From Schmidtea polychroa (taxonomy: Eukaryota), in NCBI GenBank assembly GCA_044892525.1, contig CM097886.1:33294001-33358000 (forward strand): a stretch of DNA of 64,000 nucleotides, written 5' to 3'. This document shows, one piece after another, positions 13,141-26,462 of this stretch (within the stretch, counting starts at the first letter, position 1; every line of letters starts with the position of its first letter). Under the pieces are notes generated by a model. The model ran no database searches, had not been told where the DNA came from, and saw only the letters and a list, made by a program, of their open reading frames with translations. A program made the translations under genes and the position numbers.

Positions 13141-13452
13141 GAATTGGAAGTTATTTTTCACCCGTCATATACACCAGATTTGAACTCAATCAGATTAGCA
13201 CATCTTGAGGTCGCTCCAACACATACTTTCTGGAAAAAACTTCACCAAACTTGAAGAAGTAAAAAAGTGTGTAGTTGAATTCTTCCAATCAAAATATGAA
13301 AAAGGAACCTGTATACTCGCTAAATATAGCAAAAATTATGAATTCGAATGGTGATTACTTCAAAGATAAATAATATTTACATTTGTAATTATTTATTCAT
13401 AAAAATTAACTAAAATTTACTTTGAAATCACTTTTACTGAAATCAAACTAAT
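13141..13452 (+). pseudogene. mariner transposase C-terminal remnant plus 3' TIR
   Basis: ELEVIFHPSYTPDL (YSPDL motif), then /frameshift/ LRSLQHILSGKNFTKLEEVKKCVVEFFQSK ... MNSNGDYFKDK* (stop 13371-13373). Ends with mariner-like cacttttactgaaatcaaactaata followed by TA. Confidence 0.8.
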
Positions 13453-13519
13453 ATAATGTATTTTAATATATAACAAAATAGGAAATTGGAGCAAAGACAA
13501 AACTTTTTCTATTGATTTT

Positions 13520-13621
13520 ATGATATTATAATATATAATCTATAATATATAATATATAATATATAATATATAATATATAATATATAATATATAATATATA
13601 ATATATGAAACATAATATATA
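13520..13621 (+). repeat. (TATAATA)n 7-mer minisatellite running into an assembly gap
   Basis: Direct reading. Confidence 0.9.
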
Positions 13622-15482
13622 NNNNNNNNNNNNNNNNNNNNNNNNNNNNNNNNNNNNNNNNNNNNNNNNNNNNNNNNNNNNNNNNNNNNNNNNNNNNNNN
13701 NNNNNNNNNNNNNNNNNNNNNNNNNNNNNNNNNNNNNNNNNNNNNNNNNNNNNNNNNNNNNNNNNNNNNNNNNNNNNNNNNNNNNNNNNNNNNNNNNNNN
13801 NNNNNNNNNNNNNNNNNNNNNNNNNNNNNNNNNNNNNNNNNNATTCAAATCAAATTGTTTTTAATTAAAATCTTTAAATCTCTAAGAGTTGAATACAAAT
13901 AACGAAAGTAACCAAAAATAATTTATAATTTAAAATAATTTTAAAATTATTATTAGTTACAATTTTGAAAATGAAAATATCAATTTAATAATATTTTAAA
14001 TATTATCTTTATTTATAAATTCTTAAAATTAATTATTGTAAGAAAATTAAATTAATATTTTACTTTCCGATAACATTTTCATTTTCTGTTATTATTATTA
14101 CATAACAATGTTGTTTTACTTTCATTATTAATAGTATTTCGAAATATACATCTGATCTTTAATTAAACTTTAATTAACTAATTATTTAATTTGTGCTCTT
14201 ATAATCGAATTTCCTGATGATCAATTTTTATTTGAGAATTACTATTTTCATTTAATCTTTTGTTTGCTATCACTCACAACTTCTCGATTTTTCAGCTTCT
14301 CTAAAATTTAATTAATTTATACACATAAATTTACTGATACTCCGTCAATATTATTATCATCACCCAGTAATTACTTGAATATTATTAGTTATTAATTATT
14401 AGTCATTAAACAATAAAATATTATGAAGAATATCAAAATATGAAAAAAATATTTAAATTAAATATTTAATTTAATTTCTTTTTATTTAATAATGTTAACG
14501 ATTAAATTATTTGTAATGAAGTTTATTATATTTTAATATTATATGATGTTATATAAAGCTTATAATATAACTGAAATATTAATAAATTATATGGATGTTA
14601 AATTTGGTATTATAATGACTTACATTGTATTAATTATTTTGAAATTAAGTTACCATAATGACAGTGAAATTCGAACAAGTAAGTTATTAAACCAATTTAA
14701 TATATTAAGAAATTTTTATTTTGAATATATTATTTTTCAGTCCGAAAAAAAAATACATTATTAAGTCATGTCTTCATATATTTTAATAAATATTAATATA
14801 AATTATGATGTAACAAAACTCATATATATTTTTATTTAATTAATTATTATCCGTTTAAAAAAAAAATATAACAATTAAATTTCAATAATTAAAAAACTTT
14901 TCGGTCTGTATTTATCAAAATAAAATTATTCCATATTTTAGTTTATAATAATTTTTGAAATTGTAATTATAATTTTTAATATTTAATTTTAAAATATTCT
15001 TTTTATCGTTCCACTTAAAGAAATTCAAATCAATTAAATTTGGAAATTTTCCTTTGATTGTGTTTTCAAAATAAGTTGGAAAATTTAATATTTATGTTAA
15101 ATAAATTATCGATTATTTTCCATCCTCAAGTTTGATTTTCTTCTCTACTAAAGAGGTTTTTCTAAATAAAAACTATTAAAGTTAATTGCATCTTGTTTTA
15201 TTAAAACAAAAACAACGATTGTCGATATAAATTGATATTCGAATCTATTTTTACTTCAATCTTGAAAGTATAATTATCAAATGAAGATTAGTGTATTGAT
15301 TTAAACAAAATATTATTGTTTATCTCTTGACAAATTGATTATTTAAAAACCGAATAAAATATTTTTGTTAACTGAAACTTAAAAAAATATTATTACAATT
15401 ATGTAAGAAAATCAAAATATTTTTATTTGCAATAGGTTTCTAATTATATAATATTTAATTTATTTTAATTTATTTCGAAATT

Positions 15483-15484
<2 letters not shown>

Positions 15485-15562
<78 letters not shown>
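15485..15562 (+). repeat. (TA)n microsatellite
   Basis: Direct reading. Confidence 0.98.
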
Positions 15563-15565
<3 letters not shown>

Positions 15566-16172
15566 AATAAGTGTCAAATACAATTTATCAATTAGAACAG
15601 ACAAAAATTGTTGTTACAACGCTACTGTATAAGTATGATATATTTAAACAATATATTAATTAAAATATTTTAAAGTTTTCACAAATACTCATGTGAAGTA
15701 TTTATTTTAAAGACATTTTTAAGATTTCACTTTTATTTTAAAATTACTTTAATGAAATAATCTGAATTAAAAAAAATTGAAGAATTTAATTAAGTAAATG
15801 ATTTAAATGATATAAATGATATATAAGCAAGATAAATTATATAAAATTTTGATTTATTTTAAGTTTACTTGCTGAACAAATTAAAAAGAGAGAAAATTAG
15901 GTAAGTAATAATATTAGGTAAGTAAATTATATTTAGGTAAGTAATAATATTTACCAGAATGGAGCAGAGAAACTTGTATAACTAATATTTGAATAATAAA
16001 AAGAGAATTGTCAAAGTTAATTAAAAATAAGAACTGATCTGATTGTTGTTGAAAATAATCTATAGTTGAAAAAAATTCTAAAACTAAAAATGTAATTCTG
16101 TAACCAAAGTGACGAGAATCATTTTTGAAAATCGAATTATTGACGGATGTAAAGAAAATTATTTACAATTAA

Positions 16173-16414
16173 CCTCTAAAGTGGTTTATTTCATCAAACG
16201 AAATGCGCTCCTCAGCGGCGAGTTTTGTTATCCGCTAGCGTATATATACGTCTTGGGCATATTGTTACAAAAAATAAAATAATATCTTATTGGATAATAT
16301 TTATTAAGATAATATGTTAACAAAAGTAATATTTATGATATATTTTTAGCATATTTTGTCAATTTATGTCAATTTAGTTGATGACGTATATATCCGTAAT
16401 AGCCACTTAAGAGG
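16173..16414 (+). mobile_element. piggyBac-type MITE, family A copy 1 (242 bp)
   Basis: TTAA|cctctaaagtgg ... ccacttaagagg|TTAA. A near-identical inverted copy lies at 55252-55482. Confidence 0.9.
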
Positions 16415-19400
16415 TTAAACTAAAATGGCTAGGGGCTCTTTAAAGCCGATATAACACCATTCAGTTGCCACTAGTCAACCAGAGATGATGAAATTGATAA
16501 TAAAACAAATAAAAGATTACTTAAAAGAGTTATATACATATAAATGTAATATTTAAAACGTATATTATTTGCAGTTTCTTATTTTGATAAAAGTGAAGTT
16601 AGTGCAAGAATCAATAGAAGCCATAGATAAAAAAATGCAAAAATATTTTCAAAAAATAAAACAATTTATTTATCTTTTGAAAAAATCAATAACTTTTATT
16701 CGTATTATTTCGGTCTTTTAATTAATGAATTTTATTGTTTGCAGAACAAATTCATTGTTATTTCGATTGAAAAAAGAATCTCTCAATGAATTAATTCATT
16801 TGAAACCATTCAATGGAATATTTCCATAAATCATTATCTATTGATAAATTTAATAATTAATTAATTTACAGACAAGCAGCGATTTATTCTAAACTGATTA
16901 AAAATGATTATTTTATAAATCAATTAAAATTACACAGCCGCTTCATTTTGATTTGATAGAATTCTGCTGGCAGGAGAAAAAAAACTTTTTCGATTTTGTT
17001 TAAAACGGAGATGAAATTCATAAATCTTTCTTTTAACCCGTATCTCATCTCCAGACTGATTATTTATGTAAATGCATTTGGAAATATGATGACAAAAGTA
17101 ACACATGTCTATCATTTTATAGTAAATAAATGTCACAACCTTATTTTGTTTTTAAATATTTCTTATTTCGCATCTGCGCGAAATTATAAATTCAAATAAA
17201 CTCCTTACAATATTGTACATTAAAAACTTTCTCCTCATATCTTCGTTATATATTTATNNNNNNNNNNNNNNNNNNNNNNNNNNNNNNNNNNNNNNNNNNN
17301 NNNNNNNNNNNNNNNNNNNNNNNNNNNNNNNNNNNNNNNNNNNNNNNNNNNNNNNNNNNNNNNNNNNNNNNNNNNNNNNNNNNNNNNNNNNNNNNNNNNN
17401 NNNNNNNNNNNNNNNNNNNNNNNNNNNNNNNNNNNNNNNNNNNNNNNNNNNNNNNNNNNNNNNNNNNNNNNNNNNNNNNNNNNNNGAGTAATGTAAGAAT
17501 TTTGCGTGGGCGCAGATGTGAACACTATAATCACGCATTATATAATCACTAAATTGAAACGCTTATAAGCACCAAAAGTGTTTAATCCTGACATAAAACT
17601 TAGTGGTACATATGCGAATAGGAAAAGGATGAAACATATAATTGTTACAAAAAATTATATTATTTTTAACAATTTTAATTAAATTTATTAATTTGTTTGT
17701 TTGAATTGATTTGAAAGAAATGAAATAGAAAATAGTTGATCAATGACAAAAAATATAAAGGATTTTACTGATAAAAAATCTTTTCATTAAAAACAATCAA
17801 ATAACCAAAATCTTTAATAAAATCAACTTCTTAAACTATTTTGTTGACAATGATAAGTTTTACAATGACAAGTTTTGTTTTAATTTTACAGATTTTCAAC
17901 TAAATTAAATTCTAATTTTAAAAATTTATTTTTAATACATTTTATATAATTAGATAATTTTTTAATTGGAAATTATGAAAATTTCTTCAAAGCACCTTTT
18001 CTAAAAGTTCAAACCTTTTTGGTTGGTATTTAATAAAAGTTTTTATTTTATTAAAAATTACCCTTTTAAATCCATTACCGCTAAGAATAAAACTGGTTTT
18101 AAAAATTTTTTTAAAGAAAATTTTCAAATTAATGTTTTATTTAATTAATTTGAAAACAAAATTATATCACTGAAAAAAATTCTATATCAAGCAATAATTT
18201 AAAAGGAATGATTTGCCGTAAATTTTACATGTTACAATTACCTTTCCACAAATTTTGAAGACTTGAGTGAAAACCCTATCTATATTACTTTATAATTTCA
18301 CTTGAAAATCCTGACGGGTTGAAAATACGTTAATAAATATTTATGCAATTATTCTAACACATGTAATTTAGTAGTAAATAAAATTCTAAATATTATTATT
18401 ATTAAAACAAATATTTGATAAATAATTCTCAAACTTAATTATAATTGTCACTTTTTGAATGAACAATTTAAATTTATTATCTATAAATGTCTATATTTTT
18501 TTTGTTTATATCAATGGTTGAACTGTAAATAGTAACATTTTTCAAATGCTATAAATAAATAATCTTTACAATTTTATTTTATTTAGTATCGATTAAAATT
18601 GTAAAAAACATAAACGAAGGAATTTCATTAAATATTAAAAATAATAATAATAATTTCAATGATATTGTAATAAAAAGTTGTTACAAGCTCAAATATATGT
18701 TAATAAAGTAGAAATATTATTGGAATTATTGTACTAAATTCCATTTTTAATTATCTAAATTATAATTTTTTAATTTCTTTAAATTAAAGAAAATGAAATT
18801 CAAGATTATTGGTTTACAATTTTGACAATATTGTTCAATTTATTCATCAATTCGAACTGAGAGTGGGGCTCTTCTGTTTTATATCGTCAAAGAATGGAGT
18901 TTTAAATTCAAATTCGCTGACCATATAACTCTAGATATATTTTCATTGACATTGCCTGGTTTAAAATATTGATCTGTTCGATTTATCTATGCAATCACCA
19001 AAAGGTTTGCGACGATTATCAAATCCTACTCTTCCTTAATTGCATTGACGTTATTTCTTTGTTGTCATTAAATGTTATAACGATTCTCGAAATTTCCTTG
19101 CATTTGCGTAAGATAATTGACATTATATTGTATTGAACGTTGGAAATCTTTATTAGTAATTATAGTTTGTTGATTTGCGTCCTTTTTATCTTTTCTTGTT
19201 GACCAACCAATTGACATAATTTAATCTATTTGAACATTTATATCTATAAAACAAACAAATCCACGTAAGTTTTATTTTGGAAATTCACAATTTTAAACTT
19301 TATTTAAATCAAAGTCAATTTCGCTAATATAAAGTTCAATTCGATTTCTCCAATACAATCCGAAAAACCACACTCACACTTAAAATCAAATAAAAACAAA

Positions 19401-21369
19401 GGCACACACACTCAACTAAGAAAGAATAAAAAATGCACACATTTTTTAGCACAGAAGATTTGACTGGAGGTATACCATAAGAGGAGAAAAGACCCGGTTA
19501 ATTTTACAACAATTAATATTATTAAAAATTACTATTGAATAATATTTTAATAATAAAATAAAATCAATAATTTAAATCGCTTATATATTTAAAATATTAT
19601 ATCTAAAACATTTAAAGCAATTTATATTTATATATTCATAATCTGAAACAAAAATGTTAATAAAGTTAAAACGAATTTTAAAAAATGTCTATAAATATAA
19701 AATAATTATGACAATTATATGCTTTATTTAATAGTACAATCCTATATTTCACTACTATTTTTGTAATAAATATTTTAAACTTATGAATTTTGTAATGTGT
19801 TTTTTTTAATTATTTTCGGGTATGTTCTTTATTTTCCCAAATAAAATATTGTCACCATACCTATATTTCATTAAAATAACTTTTGAATGATGTTTAAAAA
19901 TATATTTTAAAATATGATTTAATTGTGACTATAGTAAAAATTCATCAAGTTAAAGTACTATCAGGAAGTGATTAATTAAAAGTTTAGCTGATCTTTCTAA
20001 TCAACTCATTCGTTTTCCTTATCATTTTTTGTTGTTGATTTTATGTACTTTCACAAAATAAAGCAAAACCGAAAAATGAAATTTTTTTTATTTAAAAAGA
20101 AATATTAAAAACTAATATCTGAAATGAATTTTTTAAAAAAATAAAAATTTTTTTCAATAATAATATTTCTTGGAAACATAAAATCATAAAATCTAATACA
20201 AGAATCAACAAAAAAATAAAAACTAAAAACAAAAGAGGTTTAATCAGAAAGGTCAGCGAAATTTTGTATTTGAGTGAATAGGACCTATTTTTGGTCGAAA
20301 TTTTACTATTAATAAACATTGTGGAAATGGCTTCCTTATTTATTTGAACCTTGATTTTATAAATAATTCCGCTACCCATGACATCACAAAATTTACAATA
20401 GCTATAATTATAATAATATTATTTAAAAATTAAAAAATTAATTTATTTATTTTAAAATTATTTAAATAAATTACCATTGTTATTTTTATTAAAAATTTAG
20501 CGTTATTATAATTAAACCTACAAAAGTTGGCTTTAATTCGCTGAAAAAACGTAAAGTAAAATTTGACATATAGAAGTACATTTCGTTTTCTTTTCATTCA
20601 TTTAAACATATAAAGTGTCACTTAATTATTTTTCATAAACTAAAATTATTTTAAGATTTAATAAATTTCGGGAAAAGGTTTTTATTCGTCAATTAATTGA
20701 ATTATTTGAATAAGNNNNNNNNNNNNNNNNNNNNNNNNNNNNNNNNNNNNNNNNNNNNNNNNNNNNNNNNNNNNNNNNNNNNNNNNNNNNNNNNNNNNNN
20801 NNNNNNNNNNNNNNNNNNNNNNNNNNNNNNNNNNNNNNNNNNNNNNNNNNNNNNNNNNNNNNNNNNNNNNNNNNNNNNNNNNNNNNNNNNNNNNNNNNNN
20901 NNNNNNNNNNNNNNNNNNNNNNNNNNNNNNNNNCTATGAATCAGTAAATAAATCGATGTTTTGATATATTAACTGATTCATAGCCAAGCTTTTTAATAAA
21001 TACAATATCAATGGAAAATATATCAGTGGTGAAATTTGAAAGAAGTTATTATTATACAATAATGAAAATAGTAAATACATAATTTCTAAATGTAATTCAT
21101 AAAAATACAAAATATATTTCATAAAATAAGAGAATGCTTTATAAAATTAGAAGAAATTTCTAAATGTTTGAAATAGTAATATGATGTGCTCCCATCAGAT
21201 ATAATGTACATCAAATACAAAATTTATGTAGGTAAGATTAAATAATATTGCTGTCTTTATTAAATTAAAAAATCAAAAAAAGGAAATTTGTGAAAATTAA
21301 GAAAACATTGAACACTTTTTTATGACTGATAAAAGGTTTTCTAAAGTTTGGTGAATTTTTACGGTCTTT

Positions 21370-22060
21370 CTTTGGAAATAAATTTCTTTGTAACATTTGA
21401 TAGTGCCATCCACAGATCTTGTAACTTTTAAACTTTGATTTTCATCTGAAAAAATTTCTATTCATCGTGAAAGGAGTCGCATCGTTTTCAAAATATGACC
21501 TATTGCTTGCCCTTTTTTCTTCAGGAACCATATTAGGCTTATCAGTATTGTCCTCCAGTGCATGCTCAACATTCATGGCAATCAAACTTTCATCGTGTGA
21601 TAATTATAGCTCGTTAATATCTTCTTCTTCCATACCATCAAAGTTTGCTTCTTTAGCTAATTCAGCAATTTCTCCTCGAAAAGTTGATAAATCATCAAAT
21701 TCAGCTGTGTTTTATGAACATAGAATTGTTTCCTGATTGGTTTATTATAATCATCAGATGCTGCAATTTGCTGACTAAACTTTTGTCGTAGATAATAACA
21801 TTTAAAGTTGAATATAACACCTTGACTCATTGGTTGTAAGATGGAATTAGTATTTTAACTCATAAAAACAACTTTTATATATTAGAAGAAAAGTCATCCA
21901 CATAAATTGGATGTCCTAGACCTTTGTCTAATAATAACAAAATTTTCAAATAAATTTTTGAGTACTACAATAAGCTTCAATTCTGGAACAGCGAAATTTT
22001 TTACCCAATCTTTAAATCAAGATTCAGTCATCGACAATTTTTTTAAAAGTCTACATAAAG
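21370..22060 (-). pseudogene. pogo/Tigger-family transposase (DDE_1) remnant
   Basis: Minus-strand pieces LKILLLLDKGLGHPIY, VVFMS*NTNSILQPMSQGVIFNFKCYYLRQK match the Tigger motifs LLLDNAPGHP and LQPMDQGVI. Stops and frameshifts present; termini not defined. Confidence 0.85.
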
Positions 22061-22562
22061 GTTTGACCTACTGAAATAAAAGGAAATTTTTCTTTACATA
22101 AATTTAAACAAACTAAATGTAAATTTTAACGATGCAACTTCGAAACGACACAAACCGAGGTTTTTATGCACTTCAATTTTTAACGTCGATTAAGATTATT
22201 GATGAAAAAATAAAAAAAAATAAATAGAAAATTTGCTTAGAGGAAAATATTTTGGATTTTTAAGTTCAAAGTAGCTTTATTTTTTTGTTATCTATTATAC
22301 CTTGTTATTTATAATATAATTGTTTTTTTAATGTCAATATTTTTTAATTATGTAATTTTCTTGTTCACAATTATCATATACAATTATTACACGTACATAG
22401 ACTCACTCCAGCTGTTCCATGACAGATTTTATCGGTGACTCGGTGTCGGACAAACAAACTCGACGTAACACGCCTTTTTAAATCTCATTAACAATTATTA
22501 ATACAGACTTAAAATAAAAATTATTTTAAACAGTTATTAAATTTATAGTTAAATTAAAATTC

Positions 22563-23165
22563 AAAAAAAAATCGCCATTCGTAAATCTTTTTCACTATAT
22601 ATTTCAATAGCATCAATATCATCATCAGGTTACCTACATTCTGTACTCGAGTTCAAGAACACTGTCGACCGAAGGGAGTGTCCAATATTAAGGATCACAA
22701 TAAAGTCTGATGAGAGAATTAGGAATGTCTGATTTTTTAAATCTTATCCCAAAATTTTGATAATTGTTTTGAGCATGTGATATGTGAAGCATTATTGATA
22801 AGAACTTTTAATCCTAAAAACAATGTGCAGAATGCAGTGAATACGTGTGTGTTGAATGTTTTTAATTAAATTTTTGTATGTTGATGTATATTGAATAATT
22901 TTTATGTTAAATAATTATAAAAATAATTAAAATAATATTTTTTAAATAATTTTAAAAGTTTAAATATAATTGATTATTAAAAATTATTTTTAAAAAATAA
23001 TTGTTTAAAATTTTTATTTATAATTTAAAATTTATAGATTTTAACATTTGTTTATATATTATCAATATAGTATAGTTATTCATCCGTCGTGAATGTAGGT
23101 AACCTGATAATGATAGTGATGCTATCGAAATATATAGTGAAAAAGATGTACGAATGGCGATTTTT
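22563..23165. mobile_element. MITE-like element or inverted duplication with ~75-bp inverted repeats and ~450-bp spacer
   Basis: aaaaatcgccattcgtaaatc...ggttacctacattc (22566-22641) versus the reverse complement of 23091-23165, about 4 mismatches. No TSD found. Confidence 0.65.
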
Positions 23166-23475
23166 ATTAATAAAATCCTTACCGTGTTTATTTAAGTAAA
23201 ATTTAATAATTTAATTATTAATAATATTATATAAATTAAGTTTGATTTAATCTAAATAACAGACTCAGCTGCTACAGTGCAGTTTATATAAATAATAATA
23301 AATCCTAGTTCGTCTTTCACTTGTATTGAAATTAGGAATGTTTATCTAGTTTAACCTAAACAAAAGATATGTATACGGAAAAATAAGAAAATAACATTAA
23401 AATTGAAATTAGATGTAAATCTAGAAATCTTTTTTGGTTAGTTTAAAAAAATCTATTAATTATAATTTATCGGTA

Positions 23476-23549
23476 CAAAGTGATTATTTCTTGGTAGGAG
23501 AATTTATTATTTAAAACAATAAAGTAATAAATTATCACTTTATTGTTTT
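23476..23549 (+). repeat. Dispersed repeat family R1, truncated copy ending in an ~18-bp-arm hairpin
   Basis: tgattatttcttggtaggagaatttattatttaaaacaataaagt is homologous to 25878 and 36140. It ends aaaacaataaagtaataa-a-ttatcactttattgtttt. Confidence 0.75.
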
Positions 23550-25877
23550 ATATAATTTATCAGGAAAACCTCTAAATAAGTATTGGATTAAAATATAATA
23601 TTTTTGTGTTTATAAATGTATTTAAAAATTAAATTATTTTCTTTAATCATAAAAGTTTAGAAAATACCAACAATTTTCATTATTGAACATAATTAAGATA
23701 ATTTAGATAAACAATAAACATTACACAATCTGTTGTATTCAAATATTCAAGATTGAGCAACCATATATAATAATAATTAGAAGTAAAGTAATATTACATA
23801 ATTAAGACAATAATCTGCTCTGTTTAATTTAAAAATATTATTATTTTATCATATTTTACAGGATTATATTTATTCGGTGAAAACGGTAATTTTTGTAGTT
23901 TTTATTTAAGGTCATTGTTAATGAAACTTTTTTTACCATCAGTAATGTAATAAATAAAGTATATACCTATTATGGAGAAGAATTAGGAAGAATACTATGG
24001 AAAAAAAATTAAGTGTTTTATCTTTTTTCTTTACATATGAAATGAGCCATTAAAACAAAGTTAGCATCACATTTCAAATTCTACAATGATTAAAACAAAT
24101 TTTGATTTTTTTTCAAATTGAAATATTAAATTCGCAAATTTATAATTATTAAATTAATTTCATATTAATTTAAATGAATTTTCATGTAAACTACGGAAAA
24201 AAAGAGTCTGCCATTTAAGAACGATTTTATCTTTTTAATTAATTGAACATAAACTAAAAAAATTACAATAAATGTTCATCGTAGTAAATGACATTAATTA
24301 AAAGAAAAACAGTACAAATACATAAAACTATTTAAGTGATTTTGTATATTTTTTATATTGTAATTCGATATTTCGACAAATTAATATCATTTATAATCTT
24401 TTAATCTTAAATAACATTTTAACTAGATAAAAAAATTTATTGAAAACTTTAAAACAAGAATATTTTTCAATATACAGAAAATCTATTCTTTATAAAATAT
24501 TAACGTTGAAATAATAAAAACAAAATTCATCCTTTTAAAAATATTTCAAAGCAAAACCGCTATTTTATTGAGGTAATTCCAATATGTTAAAATGAAATAA
24601 ATTTGCTGGAATTTATTTTAATTGTATTCTAGTTAGTGAAAAAAAGTGGGTTAAAATTATTCCGGTTTATAAAAGAAATTAATAATTAATCAAAATTGTA
24701 TAGAACTGCAGTGCATTTGAAAAGTAATGCGAAAAATACAAATAAGATTTATAAAAAAATAGGAAAATTGTTTTTATTAAAATTCATATAAAAATATGTA
24801 AATATAAATACATAAAATATTAATATTAATTTTCATTTTTTGATTTTTGTCAAATGTTTAAAAATTTATATTTTTCATTCACACACAATACAGTAATTTT
24901 CTTAGCAAAATATACAAATATTATTATATAAATAATTGATATCAAAGAGAAAACAATATTTTCCGCTTTCCAATTCTATTGAGTAACTATTTTTGTCTAC
25001 TCACTAAGTTTTCCATTCAAAATGACAAATAACAATGAAAAAAATTGAAAAAACTTTATAAAAACTTATTAAAATCACTGAAATTTCTTTTTTCCATTTA
25101 GAACTCAAACCCTTTCGTGCTTTCTGTAAAGATAAAATAAATTAATTAAAAGGCTCTTCTCTAAAAGGCTCTTCTCATTTTATTATTCTCATTTATTTTA
25201 CTAATGAGTTTATATTGTGAGTTTTGGAACATTTAGAATATTGGAGATATAGAAAATATTTAGATTCTGAAGATGCAAAAATGGTTTACATTTATAACTG
25301 TCTTCCGATTTTGAAATTTATATTCATAGTTAATTTTAATTATACTAACATAAATTATTGTAAAAATTATTTTATTTTACTTGATATTAAAATTTTCAAA
25401 CAACTGTAACTTATACAAAGTTACATATTAAAAATAAAAATACAGAAAGGAGAATATATAATTTCTTAAGTAAATTCAGTGTATTGTAGTTAATATACAA
25501 AATTACAATTTTAGAACAATTTTAGAAGTACTAAGGAGTTTATAAAATGCGATATAAAATTAAGATTGTATGAAATGACAATTAAATTGCAATTTATATA
25601 TTTTTCTGACAGCTGTTTACATCCTAGAAGAGTAGAAAAAGTAGGAATGGAATAAATTGGTAAAATTTAAGCGTTTTATATGAAGGTATTTAATTGCATG
25701 TATAGTCAATTCAGTTAAATTAAGAACGAATTTAAAAAGGTCAAATATTAATTAAATATTTAATTATATATTGTGAATATCAAATTTTAGGTACCTAATA
25801 TGCAAAAGATTTTAAAATGGACATGTAAAATTATTTCAAGAAAATTCATTATTATAAAAATAAATATAAGTATAAAG

Positions 25878-25991
25878 TGATGATTTCTTGGTAGCAGCAT
25901 TTATTATTTAAAACAATAAAGTGATAATTTTTTTTTGCTGCGAATAATGTATTTAATGAAAATATTTTCGACTATAAGATAGTCCTTGTCA
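25878..25991 (+). repeat. Dispersed repeat family R1, linear copy
   Basis: gatgatttcttggtagcagcatttattattttaaaacaataaagtgataattt...cgactataagatagtccttgtcaa, nearly identical to 36140-36256. Confidence 0.85.
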
Positions 25992-26261
25992 ATATCCTTG
26001 AATTTAGCAACCTTCTTCCCGAAAATACATTTCTATCTTTCTTTTATTTCCTTTTTCTTAATTCTCATTGGTTATAAATATAATATATACTTTCTTTTTA
26101 TGAATTTTTTTTATTAAAAATTTCTAAAATTTTATTTAAAATTAAAATAAAAAATAAAATAAAATAAATATAATTTAAAATTCAAAATAACACATTCTAA
26201 AATTTTTTAAAATTTTTTATAAAGCTTCTATAATTAGCTTCTAGAAACCTAATAAAATATT

Positions 26262-26462
26262 TCAAAATATTTTAAAATAAAGCCTCCAATAACTATTTAT
26301 ATACGCGTGTTCGTAACCAGCTTCACAGTAACTATTCTTCTCTATAATGGAAAATTCTTCCCTGTTGTTACTTGGTAAGTAAACGTATGGTTTCTTTTTA
26401 AGGGATTTTAATATTGCTTGTTCATCTTTCGTTAGGTTTGAGAGATATGTTTTACGTGCCAC
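26262..26462 (-). pseudogene. Possible Penelope-like retroelement ORF remnant (region N-terminal to RT)
   Basis: SNLTKDEQAILKSLKK...IIEKNSY resembles the NLTxEExxALxxLK...DKxDY segment of Penelope/GIY-YIG RT proteins, but the ADKG motif is not conserved. Confidence 0.35.

Noticed and set aside
17166-17520. Short inverted motif gcatctgcgc / gcgcagatgt flanking a gap
   Set aside because: Only ~10 bp, no TSD, and the interior is missing.
21467-21736. 89-aa Ser-rich plus-strand ORF
   Set aside because: Antisense shadow of the Tigger transposase remnant.
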